From the IMG/VR virus record IMGVR_UViG_3300044625_001067, positions 62,001 through 126,000 of that record: a stretch of 64,000 nucleotides of DNA. One strand, written 5' to 3'. This document shows, piece after piece, positions 1-9,979 of this stretch (the stretch's first letter is position 1; every line of letters begins with the position of its first letter). The translations under genes were made by a program, and so were the position numbers. The notes below the pieces were generated by a model. That model did no database searches, was not told where the DNA came from, and worked only from the letters and a program-made list of their open reading frames with translations.

Positions 1-137
1 CCAAGTAGAAAAATTGGCACAAGGGTTGGTGAAAGCACTGTGAGCCAGGGCCAGGAAACCTGACCCGTTACTTTCATAGTCATGAATACGGTTTGCAGAA
101 CGATGCAGAGGGCACCCGGCAATTTGATCCAGATCAT
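1..137 (-). CDS. Small membrane protein, partial (runs off window start)
   Basis: ATG at 137 overlaps the stop of the upstream gene (ATGA); reads MIWIKLPGALCIVLQTVFMTMKVTGQVSWPWLTVLSP..., hydrophobic. Confidence 0.6.
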   Translation of the reverse strand, partial: MIWIKLPGALCIVLQTVFMTMKVTGQVSWPWLTVLSPTLVPIFLL

Positions 138-1612
138 GCTCCTTCAGCAAATACGGCACCGACAGCGTCGTACCTTTCAGTGTAAACAGCGTCACGCATA
201 GCCCCTACAGGCGTAATTACCCCGCCAGTAAGCACAGCTTTCAGGATTGAAGGGCTGCACCCGGAGACCAGGCAAGTTCCCGTGTCGTGCATTTTCATAG
301 GTACGTTGCCGCTAGAGTTAACATTCCAGAAGACAAGTTCCGGCAAGGAATACCCAGCTTGAGCGTACTTGATTCGCACCGCCTCAAAGTTTGTCACTGA
401 GTTGTTTCTGCAGCAGGAATCAAACTGCATGTCTGAGACAATGATGAGCTTGCGCGGCATTTCCCCCTCAGGAATATGGTTCATCGTGGCGGTAGCCAAC
501 ACAAGATTGAAGACTGCTTGCAGGTCTGTATTCGCACCCCAGTCGGCCCGGCTAAGGTTACGAACACGCTCAGCAACGTTTCTCCCTGTAACCGACTGCA
601 ACTGCGGTCTTCCGGAGAAGGTTAGGAACTTATCCTTCCATGCCCCGGTGTTACGCTCAGCGATGTACATCGCCAGCGAGATTGAAACCGCCATGGGCAT
701 GCCGCCGTTATTTCCCATTGATCCTGAGACGTCGGCAATTACCAGGCCGTTCAGCTGCTCTCCTTCCATGTAGTTGGGTAGAGCCTCCCACATTAAGTTT
801 AGAGTCTGATCGCTCCTCTCACCCCCGTAAAGGTACTTGTGCACGATCTCGTAAGGGTAGATCGTACCGGCATTGATTTTTGCCTCACCTTTCTCTACCG
901 AGTCAAGGTAGGATTGGTAGCGGTCGCCGTCGCGCTTGGCGAAAGCTTTACGATACATGAAGCCTGCCCGAGAAGGCAACTTGCTATAGTCAATGCTTTC
1001 CCACTCACGGGCACACATTGGCTGCTCAACAATCTTGACTTGTGACCTGAGGGCAGTCAGTGCCTTGCGGTACTGCCTCTCGGTCCAACCCATTGCTTCG
1101 GCAATTTTTCGGCCAATCCTCTTAGAGTCCTGGCTGGAAGCGTTAATGGAAGGCAGCCACTTTGCCAGAAGTGAAACTGACTTTCCAACTTCCGTATTTA
1201 GGTCGGCGTTCAGTTGTGCCTTAATTGCTTCGAGTGCGATGCCCCAAACTAAGGTACCGTCAAGGGCTACCACATCATCCCAGCGACCGTACTGTGGAAT
1301 CAGGCTAACTAGCCTGGCACCAATTGCAGCATCATTTCGAACCAGCTCCTTGAAAACTTCTCGAAAGATCTTTCGCTCTCCCTGGCCCCCACGAATGTCG
1401 CGTGCCCAAAACAAGATTCGAGTTGCGGTCTCAGGGTCTTCTGCGTAGGCAAGGTTGAACAGTCGAGTTGCTTCGCTGATTTTGTCACGGCAAGCTGCAA
1501 TCTTTCCAAAAAGGTCCAGGCACTTAGACTCGGTGGACTTGTATGCCTTTGCACCGTTTGCAGTGGTAGTTTGGTTAAACTCGTTTTCGAGTGCGTTTAA
1601 AAAGGTTGTCAT
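134..1612 (-). CDS. TROVE-like/vWA domain protein (DUF2828-type)
   Basis: N-terminal TxNGA and RDIRGGQGER, YGRWDD, AKWLP; C-terminal vWA MIDAS DVSGSM and SDMQFD, VFWNV. Confidence 0.85.
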   Translation of the reverse strand: MTTFLNALENEFNQTTTANGAKAYKSTESKCLDLFGKIAACRDKISEATRLFNLAYAEDPETATRILFWARDIRGGQGERKIFREVFKELVRNDAAIGARLVSLIPQYGRWDDVVALDGTLVWGIALEAIKAQLNADLNTEVGKSVSLLAKWLPSINASSQDSKRIGRKIAEAMGWTERQYRKALTALRSQVKIVEQPMCAREWESIDYSKLPSRAGFMYRKAFAKRDGDRYQSYLDSVEKGEAKINAGTIYPYEIVHKYLYGGERSDQTLNLMWEALPNYMEGEQLNGLVIADVSGSMGNNGGMPMAVSISLAMYIAERNTGAWKDKFLTFSGRPQLQSVTGRNVAERVRNLSRADWGANTDLQAVFNLVLATATMNHIPEGEMPRKLIIVSDMQFDSCCRNNSVTNFEAVRIKYAQAGYSLPELVFWNVNSSGNVPMKMHDTGTCLVSGCSPSILKAVLTGGVITPVGAMRDAVYTERYDAVGAVFAEGA

Positions 1613-1771
1613 TTTCTCAAGTTGATTGTTTGTTAAGATACAAATTAAAGCTGTATCAACTTTGCGCTATGGGTAAGGACTCGATGGTCGAATGGTGGAG
1701 GAAATCCTCAAGGGTTTCTGAGCCATCGACACCCAAGCATAGTTAAAACCTAATGCAGTAAATCCTGGGAA

Positions 1772-2275
1772 CTACCAGGAGGCCCGGTACACGAACCTCC
1801 AGCTATAGTCCTCCTCAGGAATCGCGGGGTGGTTGAGGACTTTCTCCAGGACTTTGACTGTGTGTTCAAGGTCGGCGTAGTAATTCTCACCGTAGTCTGT
1901 CGAGCCGAAGAAGAATCCCCCTTCGGTGGGTAGGATCTCCGCAGGGTTTACTGTGTTTGTTTCCGCAGGGGTGTCCCTACTTTCGAGGAGTTTTTTGCAC
2001 CGAGAGAGAAGTTCTACCAAGTCGTCTCGGCCAACATCAATGTCTTCGCATTTGTCTTCTCCCTCAGATAGATCCACAAAAAACTTGTGAATGTGGTTGG
2101 CTTTACGCCAGTAAGCAACTTCGACTCGCGTGTAAAGACTGTTGCGCCTAACGGCTGCAAAGTCGGTCATACCCAAAGCTGTTACAATCTTGTTATACGT
2201 TTCTTTTTCTTCGTCGGACGAATGGTCGTAGTTGCCAAGGTATTTCTCAGCGTAAAGGTAGGAGTCAAGTCCCAT
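1772..2275 (-). CDS. Conserved phage hypothetical protein
   Basis: MGLDSYL start, YWRKANHIH, GFFFGSTDY, terminal YRASW; start moved to ATG 2275. Confidence 0.75.
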   Translation of the reverse strand: MGLDSYLYAEKYLGNYDHSSDEEKETYNKIVTALGMTDFAAVRRNSLYTRVEVAYWRKANHIHKFFVDLSEGEDKCEDIDVGRDDLVELLSRCKKLLESRDTPAETNTVNPAEILPTEGGFFFGSTDYGENYYADLEHTVKVLEKVLNHPAIPEEDYSWRFVYRASW

Positions 2276-2530
2276 GGTTTTGCGAGGTTGGTTGATCAGG
2301 AGTTTGGGTCGGACGGCGGTGCAATCAGCGCAGGTTGTCCGTACCTGCGATCTCTTCTTGAAGACGTTCAATAGCTCCACGAGCCATACCTTCCCAGAAG
2401 GAAGGGTCAAAGGCAAGGTCAATGCCCCTATCTACCCATTCCTCAATTTTCGTTTCGTGAATGGCGTCGCGTCCGGGCTTTGTGAATCGGCCACGGGACT
2501 CGTTCCAAATCTGGCCAAAGTTGTCGAAGT

Positions 2531-2920
2531 TCATTGTTTTGTCAAGAAGTATAGTTGCGGTTGTTGGTTTTCCTCGTACCGTGAGTAGCCAATAAAGTCA
2601 CCCTCAAAGCCGTCTACCCACGGTGAAATCCATTCAAAGAACTCCTGAATTTCTCCCCGGTAGTTCTTAATGTCGCCTTTTCCTAGGAGTGCCCACTGCT
2701 TTGAGATCGTGTCTCGTTCCAGGAATTTGCAGTGTGTACGAGGAGTGTAGTAGCTGCAGTCACTGAAAAGGCAACCCCATCGGTCTGGAAGGTCCTTCAG
2801 GGCCTCTCTTTCCGAGTCTTCGTCGAGCTTTCCGCACATTGCCTTGAGAACGGTAATGACGTCGTCGGGTGTCGATGCTTTAAGGTCAACGTTGACGTAA
2901 ATCTCTGTATACATTCCCAT
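2531..2920 (-). CDS. Conserved phage hypothetical protein
   Basis: MGMYTE start, KNYRGEI and GYSRYEE; downstream of promoter element at 2977. Confidence 0.7.
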   Translation of the reverse strand: MGMYTEIYVNVDLKASTPDDVITVLKAMCGKLDEDSEREALKDLPDRWGCLFSDCSYYTPRTHCKFLERDTISKQWALLGKGDIKNYRGEIQEFFEWISPWVDGFEGDFIGYSRYEENQQPQLYFLTKQ

Positions 2921-2976
2921 GTTTTCTTTGCGGTTTTCTTTGGGTTATGGTGCCAGTGCGATGGTTTTGTAAGGGT

Positions 2977-3022
2977 ATACTAGCGTGTTTGCTACGGGGA
3001 AGCAAGGGGCGGCTTCCCGCCC
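2977..3022 (-). promoter_or_regulatory. Repeated early promoter element (degenerate copy)
   Basis: TTGCTT-17-TAGTAT with upstream GC box. Confidence 0.55.
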
Positions 3023-3039
3023 TTACCCCCGGACCACAC

Positions 3040-3858
3040 TCACTTCGTGTTAAAAACACCCTCGGATAGGGAGAGCACGTTGGCACCGTTAATCAGAATC
3101 TTCTGAATACTGCCGTTTTTCATGGCTTCACGGAGAACCTCAAGACGTTGGTACTCAAGAGACTGCGAAGTCACTGTGGACGCCAGTGCCTTGTTTTCCT
3201 CGGCCTTAAGTTGAGCCGTTTCAGTCTTAACTTGCTGCTCTTTTAGACCAGATTGGGCGGCAACTACACGATTCACCGACGCCACCAATTCGTCTGGTAA
3301 GTCAGCTTTGCCTACGATGATGGAGTCGACGGTTATTTTACCATCAAGGCCGTTCTTTCGGAGAGCTTCGGACAGGTTGGTTTTGATTGTGTCTTGAATC
3401 TGTTCCAGGCTGCTGTTTACGGCTAGTGCGGGGAACTCATCGACAGATTGATTTACGGCGGATGTAATCAGCCTGGAAATGTAGCTGGACATTAGTTGAA
3501 GCTGACCATTTTCGGCAATCCCGTGATTAGTCAGATCGTAGTTGGTGAAGAACTCGTAAAGGGAGTTAGGGTTGATGCTGTATGTTACAGTAACATCCAT
3601 CTCTTTCATGATGGTGTTGTCCTTGGTCTTCGGGCGAAGGTCGTTTGCAGTTACCGTGATCTTTCGGGTGTTGAACACCTTAATGGATCCGAACCCGTCG
3701 TACTTAATGCCTGGTGTCAGAACCTCGTTTTTCACTTGGCCGTCGAAACCGACATAGAGCCCGTTTTCACCGGTGTTGATCGTAGTGAACTGACCAGCTG
3801 TGAGGGCGAGAAGGAGAGCACCGGCACCAACGCCGATACCAATTTTTGCGAGTGACAT
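3040..3858 (-). CDS. SPFH/Band 7/prohibitin family membrane protein
   Basis: N-terminal TM anchor, GENGLYV..G.V, KTKDN, C-terminal coiled coil. Confidence 0.85.
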   Translation of the reverse strand: MSLAKIGIGVGAGALLLALTAGQFTTINTGENGLYVGFDGQVKNEVLTPGIKYDGFGSIKVFNTRKITVTANDLRPKTKDNTIMKEMDVTVTYSINPNSLYEFFTNYDLTNHGIAENGQLQLMSSYISRLITSAVNQSVDEFPALAVNSSLEQIQDTIKTNLSEALRKNGLDGKITVDSIIVGKADLPDELVASVNRVVAAQSGLKEQQVKTETAQLKAEENKALASTVTSQSLEYQRLEVLREAMKNGSIQKILINGANVLSLSEGVFNTK

Positions 3859-3903
3859 TTTGAATGTGATTTTGAATGTGAGTGGTTTGGAATTAAGGCT
3901 GGG

Positions 3904-4065
3904 CTAGTCTTTAGTTACACCGGCGTAAATAAACGCACATGCAACAAAAAGGAGGAGTGCTAGCGGTACAATTTTGAGGAAAAACACCACTGGAAGCCCC
4001 CTCAAAAAGAGAATGAACAGGAGTAAAGACACTCCAGCAGCGACACCAAGAACTCGTATTAGCAT
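3904..4065 (-). CDS. Small two-helix membrane protein (not in ORF track)
   Basis: 53-aa ORF MLIRVLGVAAGVSLLLFILFLRGLPVVFFLKIVPLALLLFVACAFIYAGVTKD. Confidence 0.6.
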   Translation of the reverse strand: MLIRVLGVAAGVSLLLFILFLRGLPVVFFLKIVPLALLLFVACAFIYAGVTKD

Positions 4066-4111
4066 GTGGGGTTACAGGGTGGAGAACTTTTGTAATTGTG
4101 TCGCACGGCAA

Positions 4112-4456
4112 CTAAGCAATTTTCCAGTCTTCAGCGTCACGAAACTCGATGGACTCAGACCCGTCGTATTCCGTAACCCTAAACATAACCCCTTCAGGTA
4201 CCCAGTAAATTGAAAGTTGTCTCGCGCCATCACCGTAAAAGTAGGACTCAGGGTAAACGGACTCAACGTACTCTGGTATGGAGTCTCGGCGGTCGTCTTC
4301 AACCATGCTCACCAAGGTAGGGTCGTACAATAGAAAGTTTTCGAGACCGTCGTCACCATTGCCATCGCGGGAGTTCCAGGTGCTCCAACCCGCGCCATAG
4401 CCTGGGCTGTATAAAACGGCGACTTCACCGCCTCGAACTACTCTGTCAGCTTTCAT
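4112..4456 (-). CDS. Conserved phage hypothetical protein
   Basis: VAVLYSPGYGAGWSTWN and EYDGSES motifs typical of a widespread phage family. Confidence 0.75.
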   Translation of the reverse strand: MKADRVVRGGEVAVLYSPGYGAGWSTWNSRDGNGDDGLENFLLYDPTLVSMVEDDRRDSIPEYVESVYPESYFYGDGARQLSIYWVPEGVMFRVTEYDGSESIEFRDAEDWKIA

Positions 4457-4688
4457 TTCGGTTAAAGTGTGTTACAAGGAAGGTTTCTTGGTTTTCGTAG
4501 GCCTGAGCGAGAGCTTCGCCCTCAGCTTGAAGGAGCCTTACAAGGTCAAACTGTCCGCGATCAAGGAGGAGATGACATTGCACGGAAAGGTCCCATAGTC
4601 GAGTCTGAATTGCATCGCCAAGGGAAAACGCCTTACCATGTAAGGCAGTGTCGTAGGGGTTGGGGTTCATAAGTTAAGGGTTGGGAGA

Positions 4689-5426
4689 CTAAGCAAACTG
4701 AACAAGGGTCTGTTCTTCCAGGTTCCACACACAGAGGCGAGCGTGCGCCGGGTCAAAACTTTTCTGAGTGCTGCCACCCATCTGACCGTCGAGAACCAGG
4801 CTCTTCTCGCTCGTGTGAACGTGGTGGTAGTGCCCTGCGACACGAACCCAGGTCCGATCGCATTCCTCTTCCCACCAATAGACGCGAGTCTCATCTTGAG
4901 GGTACACCGCGCCGGGGCGGCGAGGGCCAAACAGCATGTAGTCCTTGGCTTTTCTCGTCACCTCGTTCACACGGTACACTCCAGTGTAAGACGGTGGAAC
5001 AAGAACCCACTTCGGAAACATCGCGTGAGCACAACGGTACTCTGTCCCTCTGGAATCTCGCAAGGCAACCCCGTAGGGAAAAGTTTCCAGCCAGGCAGAG
5101 ACTTCCTCAATAGGGATACCTGCGTCTGAGAAGTCTTGTACGGTACGCTCAAAGCCCTCTTTAAGAACCACGTTGTTCCCGCGAGCGTAACGCTCCAGCT
5201 TGTTTTGATGGTTGCTTCGAAGCACAATCGCCCCTTCTTCCACGGCTTGCCGAACGGCTTTGTACACACCTGCGCTGTCGCTTGTTTCCATGCGAGAGTC
5301 AAAGAGGTCGCCGAGGAAAATTGGTGTGCAATTTGCTCCTCGGCAATAATCGAGCGCTTTGAGCAGGGGCTTTCTCTGAGAGTGTAGGTCGCCGATGAAG
5401 GCAAAATTGGAAGTAACGTTATTCAT
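4689..5426 (-). CDS. Calcineurin-like metallophosphoesterase
   Basis: GDLH, GDLFD, SNHQ, CAHA, GHYH motifs. Confidence 0.9.
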   Translation of the reverse strand: MNNVTSNFAFIGDLHSQRKPLLKALDYCRGANCTPIFLGDLFDSRMETSDSAGVYKAVRQAVEEGAIVLRSNHQNKLERYARGNNVVLKEGFERTVQDFSDAGIPIEEVSAWLETFPYGVALRDSRGTEYRCAHAMFPKWVLVPPSYTGVYRVNEVTRKAKDYMLFGPRRPGAVYPQDETRVYWWEEECDRTWVRVAGHYHHVHTSEKSLVLDGQMGGSTQKSFDPAHARLCVWNLEEQTLVQFA

Positions 5427-5432
5427 GATATT

Positions 5433-5477
5433 ACTATAGCGTTTTTCCGTCTGAAAGGCAAGGGCGGGAAACCGCCC
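5433..5477 (-). promoter_or_regulatory. Repeated early promoter element
   Basis: GGGCGGTTTCCC box, TTGCCT-17-TATAGT, ATG 6 nt after the -10. Confidence 0.8.
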
Positions 5478-5798
5478 TTAGCCACGTAGAAATCCTTTGT
5501 GTTGTGCAGGCTCGCGACGGGTGGGCCTTTTTCTGGCGACAGCAGGTGCTGAGACAACCGGGGATGGCGCAGGAGACTCTGCAAGAGCAAGGGGTTGGAC
5601 CGGTGACGGTGGCTCCTCCAGGGCATTAAGCAGTGCCTTCAGGGCAACGACAAGGTGGGGTCTTAGAGCCTTGGCAGCCTTGCCCGCAAGGCCAAAAAGG
5701 AGAACGGACCACGCAATCGTAGTCAGTGCCGCGTCCACGGCTCTGTTACCAACAACCACGTAGTTGACCCTGCGCAAGGGTTCAAGAAAGGTTTTCAT
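5478..5798 (-). CDS. Hypothetical membrane protein
   Basis: ORF with TM segment and Pro-rich tail, behind promoter at 5854. Confidence 0.6.
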   Translation of the reverse strand: MKTFLEPLRRVNYVVVGNRAVDAALTTIAWSVLLFGLAGKAAKALRPHLVVALKALLNALEEPPSPVQPLALAESPAPSPVVSAPAVARKRPTRREPAQHKGFLRG

Positions 5799-5853
5799 TT
5801 TCTTTGAGAAAGGTTTCTAGGAGTTCGTTGTAGAGGGTGAACTCCCTAAAGCT

Positions 5854-5898
5854 AGTATAGCCCATTTGCCCCGAAAAGCAAAGGGGGAAAACCGTCCC
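5854..5898 (-). promoter_or_regulatory. Repeated early promoter element
   Basis: GGGACGGTTTTCC box, TTTGCT-17-TATACT. Confidence 0.7.
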
Positions 5899-6094
5899 CT
5901 TTACCTCTGGCTTGGGCTGTTCGACGTAAAATGTGCCCTTAAGCGAGCCATAATGGCCATGTTCGCCTTAGACAGAGCCATGTCCAAGGTAGCCTTTTCT
6001 CCGACCTTGGCTTCGGTGGTGGACGATCCTCGAAGCCGTAGAGCGGAAAGGCGACGAGCAGCACACGAGGCGATGTTTAACCACTGCAGCGAGG

Positions 6095-6604
6095 TCATCG
6101 CACGTACCGTACGAGAGTGACGTCCGCAATATCGTGGCAAGACAGAGAGAAACTTTCAAGCATTTTTACTATCGTGTCTTCGTTACCGCCAGCGAGACCG
6201 CACCCAATGTATGGGAATCCTACCGCAAACTTCCCGTCTAGTGGCGCAGCTATGGCGCCGCTTCTCAAAAAAGTTTGAAAACTTTTGAGAAAGTCTCGGA
6301 AAAAGTTGTACTCGAAAATGTCTTTGCCCCTTCCGTACGAGTACTGAGTATATGCGTTGACAATGTGAAAAGTATGGTTACCGCTCCCTTGAACCTGTGC
6401 CATGGTAAAACGACCGAGTTTGCCCCGGTCCCCTTCCCGAGTGGAAAGGTCAACGCTCGCTGCTTCTGGGTGCTCACGACTTATTTGCCCTGCGATGCCT
6501 GACGCCATCTTATTAAAACAATTTGCCCCGTGGACAATAATGTCAAACTGGCCCTTGCGAGCCATTGACAACAAGTCCCCGTTGGCCCGATGAAGTGTAC
6601 TCAT
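6095..6604 (-). CDS. Macrodomain (ADP-ribose binding/hydrolase) protein
   Basis: GDLL, IVHGANCFNKMASGIA, NAYTQY, FPYIGCGLAGG. Confidence 0.9.
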   Translation of the reverse strand: MSTLHRANGDLLSMARKGQFDIIVHGANCFNKMASGIAGQISREHPEAASVDLSTREGDRGKLGRFTMAQVQGSGNHTFHIVNAYTQYSYGRGKDIFEYNFFRDFLKSFQTFLRSGAIAAPLDGKFAVGFPYIGCGLAGGNEDTIVKMLESFSLSCHDIADVTLVRYVR

Positions 6605-6608
6605 ACGG

Positions 6609-6776
6609 TTAATTGGGTTTCAGACCCAAAAATATAAGGTTGCAAAGTGCTACTACGGTGGTCAAAAAATTAAAGGAAGCCCACCCTAGTTTATTTTCCC
6701 TGTAACGTACGAGACCCAAAAATATGGACACCCACATTATAAACATCCAAATGAGCGCGGAGAGTAGTGGAGACAT
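6609..6776 (-). CDS. Small membrane protein (not in ORF track)
   Basis: 55-aa hydrophobic ORF MSPLLSALIWMFIMWVSIFLGL... filling the intergenic gap. Confidence 0.6.
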   Translation of the reverse strand: MSPLLSALIWMFIMWVSIFLGLVRYRENKLGWASFNFLTTVVALCNLIFLGLKPN

Positions 6777-7805
6777 TTTGACGAGTGATGAGTTAGCTAG
6801 AGAGGTTGGGGCAGAGTTTTGTGTTAATGCGGATACTTAGGTGAACCACCAAAGTCCTCATCGTCGTACTCGACGAAAAGGTTAACTTCCCAGAAGTCAA
6901 ACTCTTCCTCGATTTTCTCTTTAGCCCTGCAGTACTCAGGCTTTGTCATGCAGCCAGGATTTTGGTAAAGGACCTTGAGTTCTTCGAGCGCACTCTGGAG
7001 ATTGCGAATGTACTCGAACTGGTGTTTCCTTCGTTGGTACTGGGCTATGGTTTCTTGAGTCCCGTTAGGATACGTGAAAGTTTCGGTGAGAGGGTTAAAC
7101 GAGACTTGGTCTTCTGGATTTATCATTCAGGGTGGTTGTATCTATGGGGAGTTGAAATGGCTCGGTTTAGGGTGCTAGGAAACTTTCGAGTGGTCGACGG
7201 GATAAGAAATCCAAATGTAGTTGTCAGACCCGTCTTTGTATCCTCGGGAACCGTCGCTTGCGATGTCAAACTGAACCCATGGTTTACCGGAATCCCTGCA
7301 GAAGCCCCCGTTCCAGTCTCTTCGATCGCTTATATAGCCGAATGCACCGACAGCTACACTGAACAGGGCTATGGCAAGTAGTTCCATTTTTGAGATTTGC
7401 GGTTTGGACCGGGGAGTGCAACCGTAGGGTGTACTGAGCCGTATGCGAATAACGTACAGCTACAACTAAGGTTGGGTCAGGAGAGTTCGGAATAGTAGCT
7501 TTATTGTCGTGTGTAGTCGCCGAACGAGTCGTAATTTGCGGTTGCGTTTCGGAATCGCTCCAGGTCCCCAACCCTTTCATCCAAGTCGGAGAGATCGCGG
7601 GAAAGTTGCTCAAATATGGAAATCCGACCGGCAACAAACCCCTTCAGGAATATTTCAAAGACGGAGCCTAGGCGGACGTCGTCTTCAGGTGTTTGACACC
7701 ACAAGGTGCGAAAGGCTTCAATCGCGTCGGGAGTTGTGCCCGTAGGGTATTCGTACGGGGTTGAAGCGGACATTTGGGTTTAGTGCGGGGTGAACTGACT
7801 AAGTT

Positions 7806-7872
7806 AGTATAGCGTTTCTGCCGAGCAAAAACAAGCCGGGAAACCGTCCCGAAGCAAAAGGGAAACCGCCCC
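7806..7872 (-). promoter_or_regulatory. Repeated early promoter element (two boxes)
   Basis: Two GGxCGGTTTCCC boxes, TTGTTT-17-TATACT. Confidence 0.8.
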
Positions 7873-7900
7873 CAACCACTTTGGCTTTCACGAGGGAACA

Positions 7901-8143
7901 CTACCCCCGGATATCCGGCCTACCGGAATTTGGACGATGAACATACAACGTGAATGCAACACCGAGGAGTCCAAGTACCACACTCGTAACGGACAGAAAA
8001 GTTACAGGGACATGAACTCCGACAACTATCGCCAAGGACGAAATTAAGCATTGTATAGCAAAGACTGCCGCCATTGCTACGGTTGGTGTGTTATCACGGT
8101 AGTTTCGAATTACTAGATTGAAGTCACGAAAGAACTTACGCAT
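7901..8143 (-). CDS. Small membrane protein, paralog of 8143..8370
   Basis: Shared IRxYR...T.T..A.FA..CL...YxHRPN pattern. Confidence 0.65.
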   Translation of the reverse strand: MRKFFRDFNLVIRNYRDNTPTVAMAAVFAIQCLISSLAIVVGVHVPVTFLSVTSVVLGLLGVAFTLYVHRPNSGRPDIRG

Positions 8144-8370
8144 TAGGGGTCATTGTGTATGTTGGGACGATGAATGTAACATGTAATGGCAAGGAGTGAG
8201 ATACCGTATGACACTAGTAAGTGGTTCACGGGAGTTGCCAAGATCCCTAGACTTAAGGTGAAGCAGGCTACCAAACAATGAAAAGCAAATATAAGTGCTA
8301 GGGTTAGGGTAGAAGTGCCTTGTCTATAGCGGCGAATGTGCCAATTTGCGTAGCGAATTAAAGAGAGCAT
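8143..8370 (-). CDS. Small membrane protein, paralog of 7901..8143
   Basis: Shared IRxYR...T.T..A.FA..CL...YxHRPN pattern. Confidence 0.65.
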   Translation of the reverse strand: MLSLIRYANWHIRRYRQGTSTLTLALIFAFHCLVACFTLSLGILATPVNHLLVSYGISLLAITCYIHRPNIHNDP

Positions 8371-8845
8371 TTTTATTTTAGATTGGATAGACTCTTGAGT
8401 ATTTGGTCAATCTTTCGCTTGAGGGCGTCTTGGTCTATTTTAACCTCGCTCAGTAACCTCCCTAGATTTTCGTCGTCTAAGATAGCTTGAGCAGCTTTCT
8501 GCTCAGATTCAATTAGTGAAGTCCAAGGGACTTCTAGATTCACTTCAGCCATCACTTCTCCTTCTTTTTCATCGACCATTCATTACTGATGGCCTTAAAA
8601 GTGAAACCATACTCATTGGATTTGAGGACAATCTCTTCTCGCTTAACCTTGGGGTTCAGAGACGGGCCATCGGCGTAAGCTAGCAGCTCCTCTAGGGAGC
8701 CGAACCGGTCGGTCAGCACCATGGAAAGGTCCAGGACGGGTGCGTGCTCCAGGGGGGCTTTAGCGTCCCCAGGCACCAAGGGCCGTCTAGTTTTTAACTA
8801 GGCGAAGTCATTCAGGGTAAACCTTAACAAGTCGTTCTGAAACCA

Positions 8846-9979
8846 ATGAGAAATTGCTACACATACAGAGTGGGTTGGTCCCGGTTCAATAAGTACTACT
8901 ACGGAGTTAGATTCGCCAAAGGATGTCACCCTGCTGACCTTTGGGTTGCCTATTTCACCAGCTCCCGGCATGTAAAAGCATTTAGAAAAGTTCACGGGGA
9001 GCCAGATATCCTAGAAGTGAGAAAAACTTTTGGAGACGAACCTAAAAAGGCAGCCGAATGGGAACAAACTGTTTTACGAAGACTAAACATAGAGTTCAAC
9101 GAACTATACTTAAACAGAAGCCGAAAGAACGCTTTCGGGGCCAAGGGGGCGCCATGGAATGTGGGTAGAACCAAGGAGAATTGCCCCGTGACACATTTAA
9201 CTGCGGAGAAGATTAGCAAGACTAGAAAAGGTTTTAAAGCCTCAGAAGAAACTAAGAAGAAACTGTCTATGGCTGCAAAGGGAAGAGCCGAAGAAAATTC
9301 CTGGAAGCAGCTATTAAAAAGTCCAGCAATTAGAAACAGATTTCACTCCTATAAACATTTCTTAGTTGAGATAGAAAACCTATACGAGTCTTGTTGGGGT
9401 ATCGCGGAGGTCATTTCAAAAGCCCTGGGAGTAAACGTCAGAGGCGTTGCTAAAGCCCTAGAGCGCCTAAATCTGACTTCTTTGAACGACCAGCAGAGAA
9501 CTAAAGTGTATAATAAGTACGGGAACAGGTTCTCTAGTTACAGCGACTACTGCATAAGTATCTTGGTTTTACATCTCAAGGGCTACACTCCCAGTCAAAT
9601 TGGTAGTCAGTTGGATGTGAATGAATGCGGAGTGGGGAACCTTCTTCTCAGGGTTGATTTAACCCCAAACAAGGCCAAAACGGGACCGTCAAAGCCCGCT
9701 TTTAAGAAGGTACTGATTGCTGATGCTCTTGAAGCTAAAAGCACCACATTCACTCTTGAAGACAATCCCCTCCCGGAGAGTCTTATTGTTAAGTTGAGAG
9801 AAACCGTCTGCCATACCGAGGATCTCTTCCACACCCATATCCTTTATAGAGAAGCTTCCCAACACAGGGACGTGGCCCAAACCAAATTGATCGCAAAAGT
9901 TTTTCCTTTCCAGGGGGGTCATGTACCTCCCCATATCCGTAAGGTAGACATCAAAAACAAAGAACTTGAAGTCATTTAG
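8846..9979 (+). mobile_element. Free-standing GIY-YIG-like homing endonuclease gene with NUMOD3-like motif
   Basis: YTY..YYYGVR N-terminus, YFTSS, conserved E (AAEWE) and YLN, SEETKKKLSMAAKG; only large plus-strand ORF. Confidence 0.75.
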
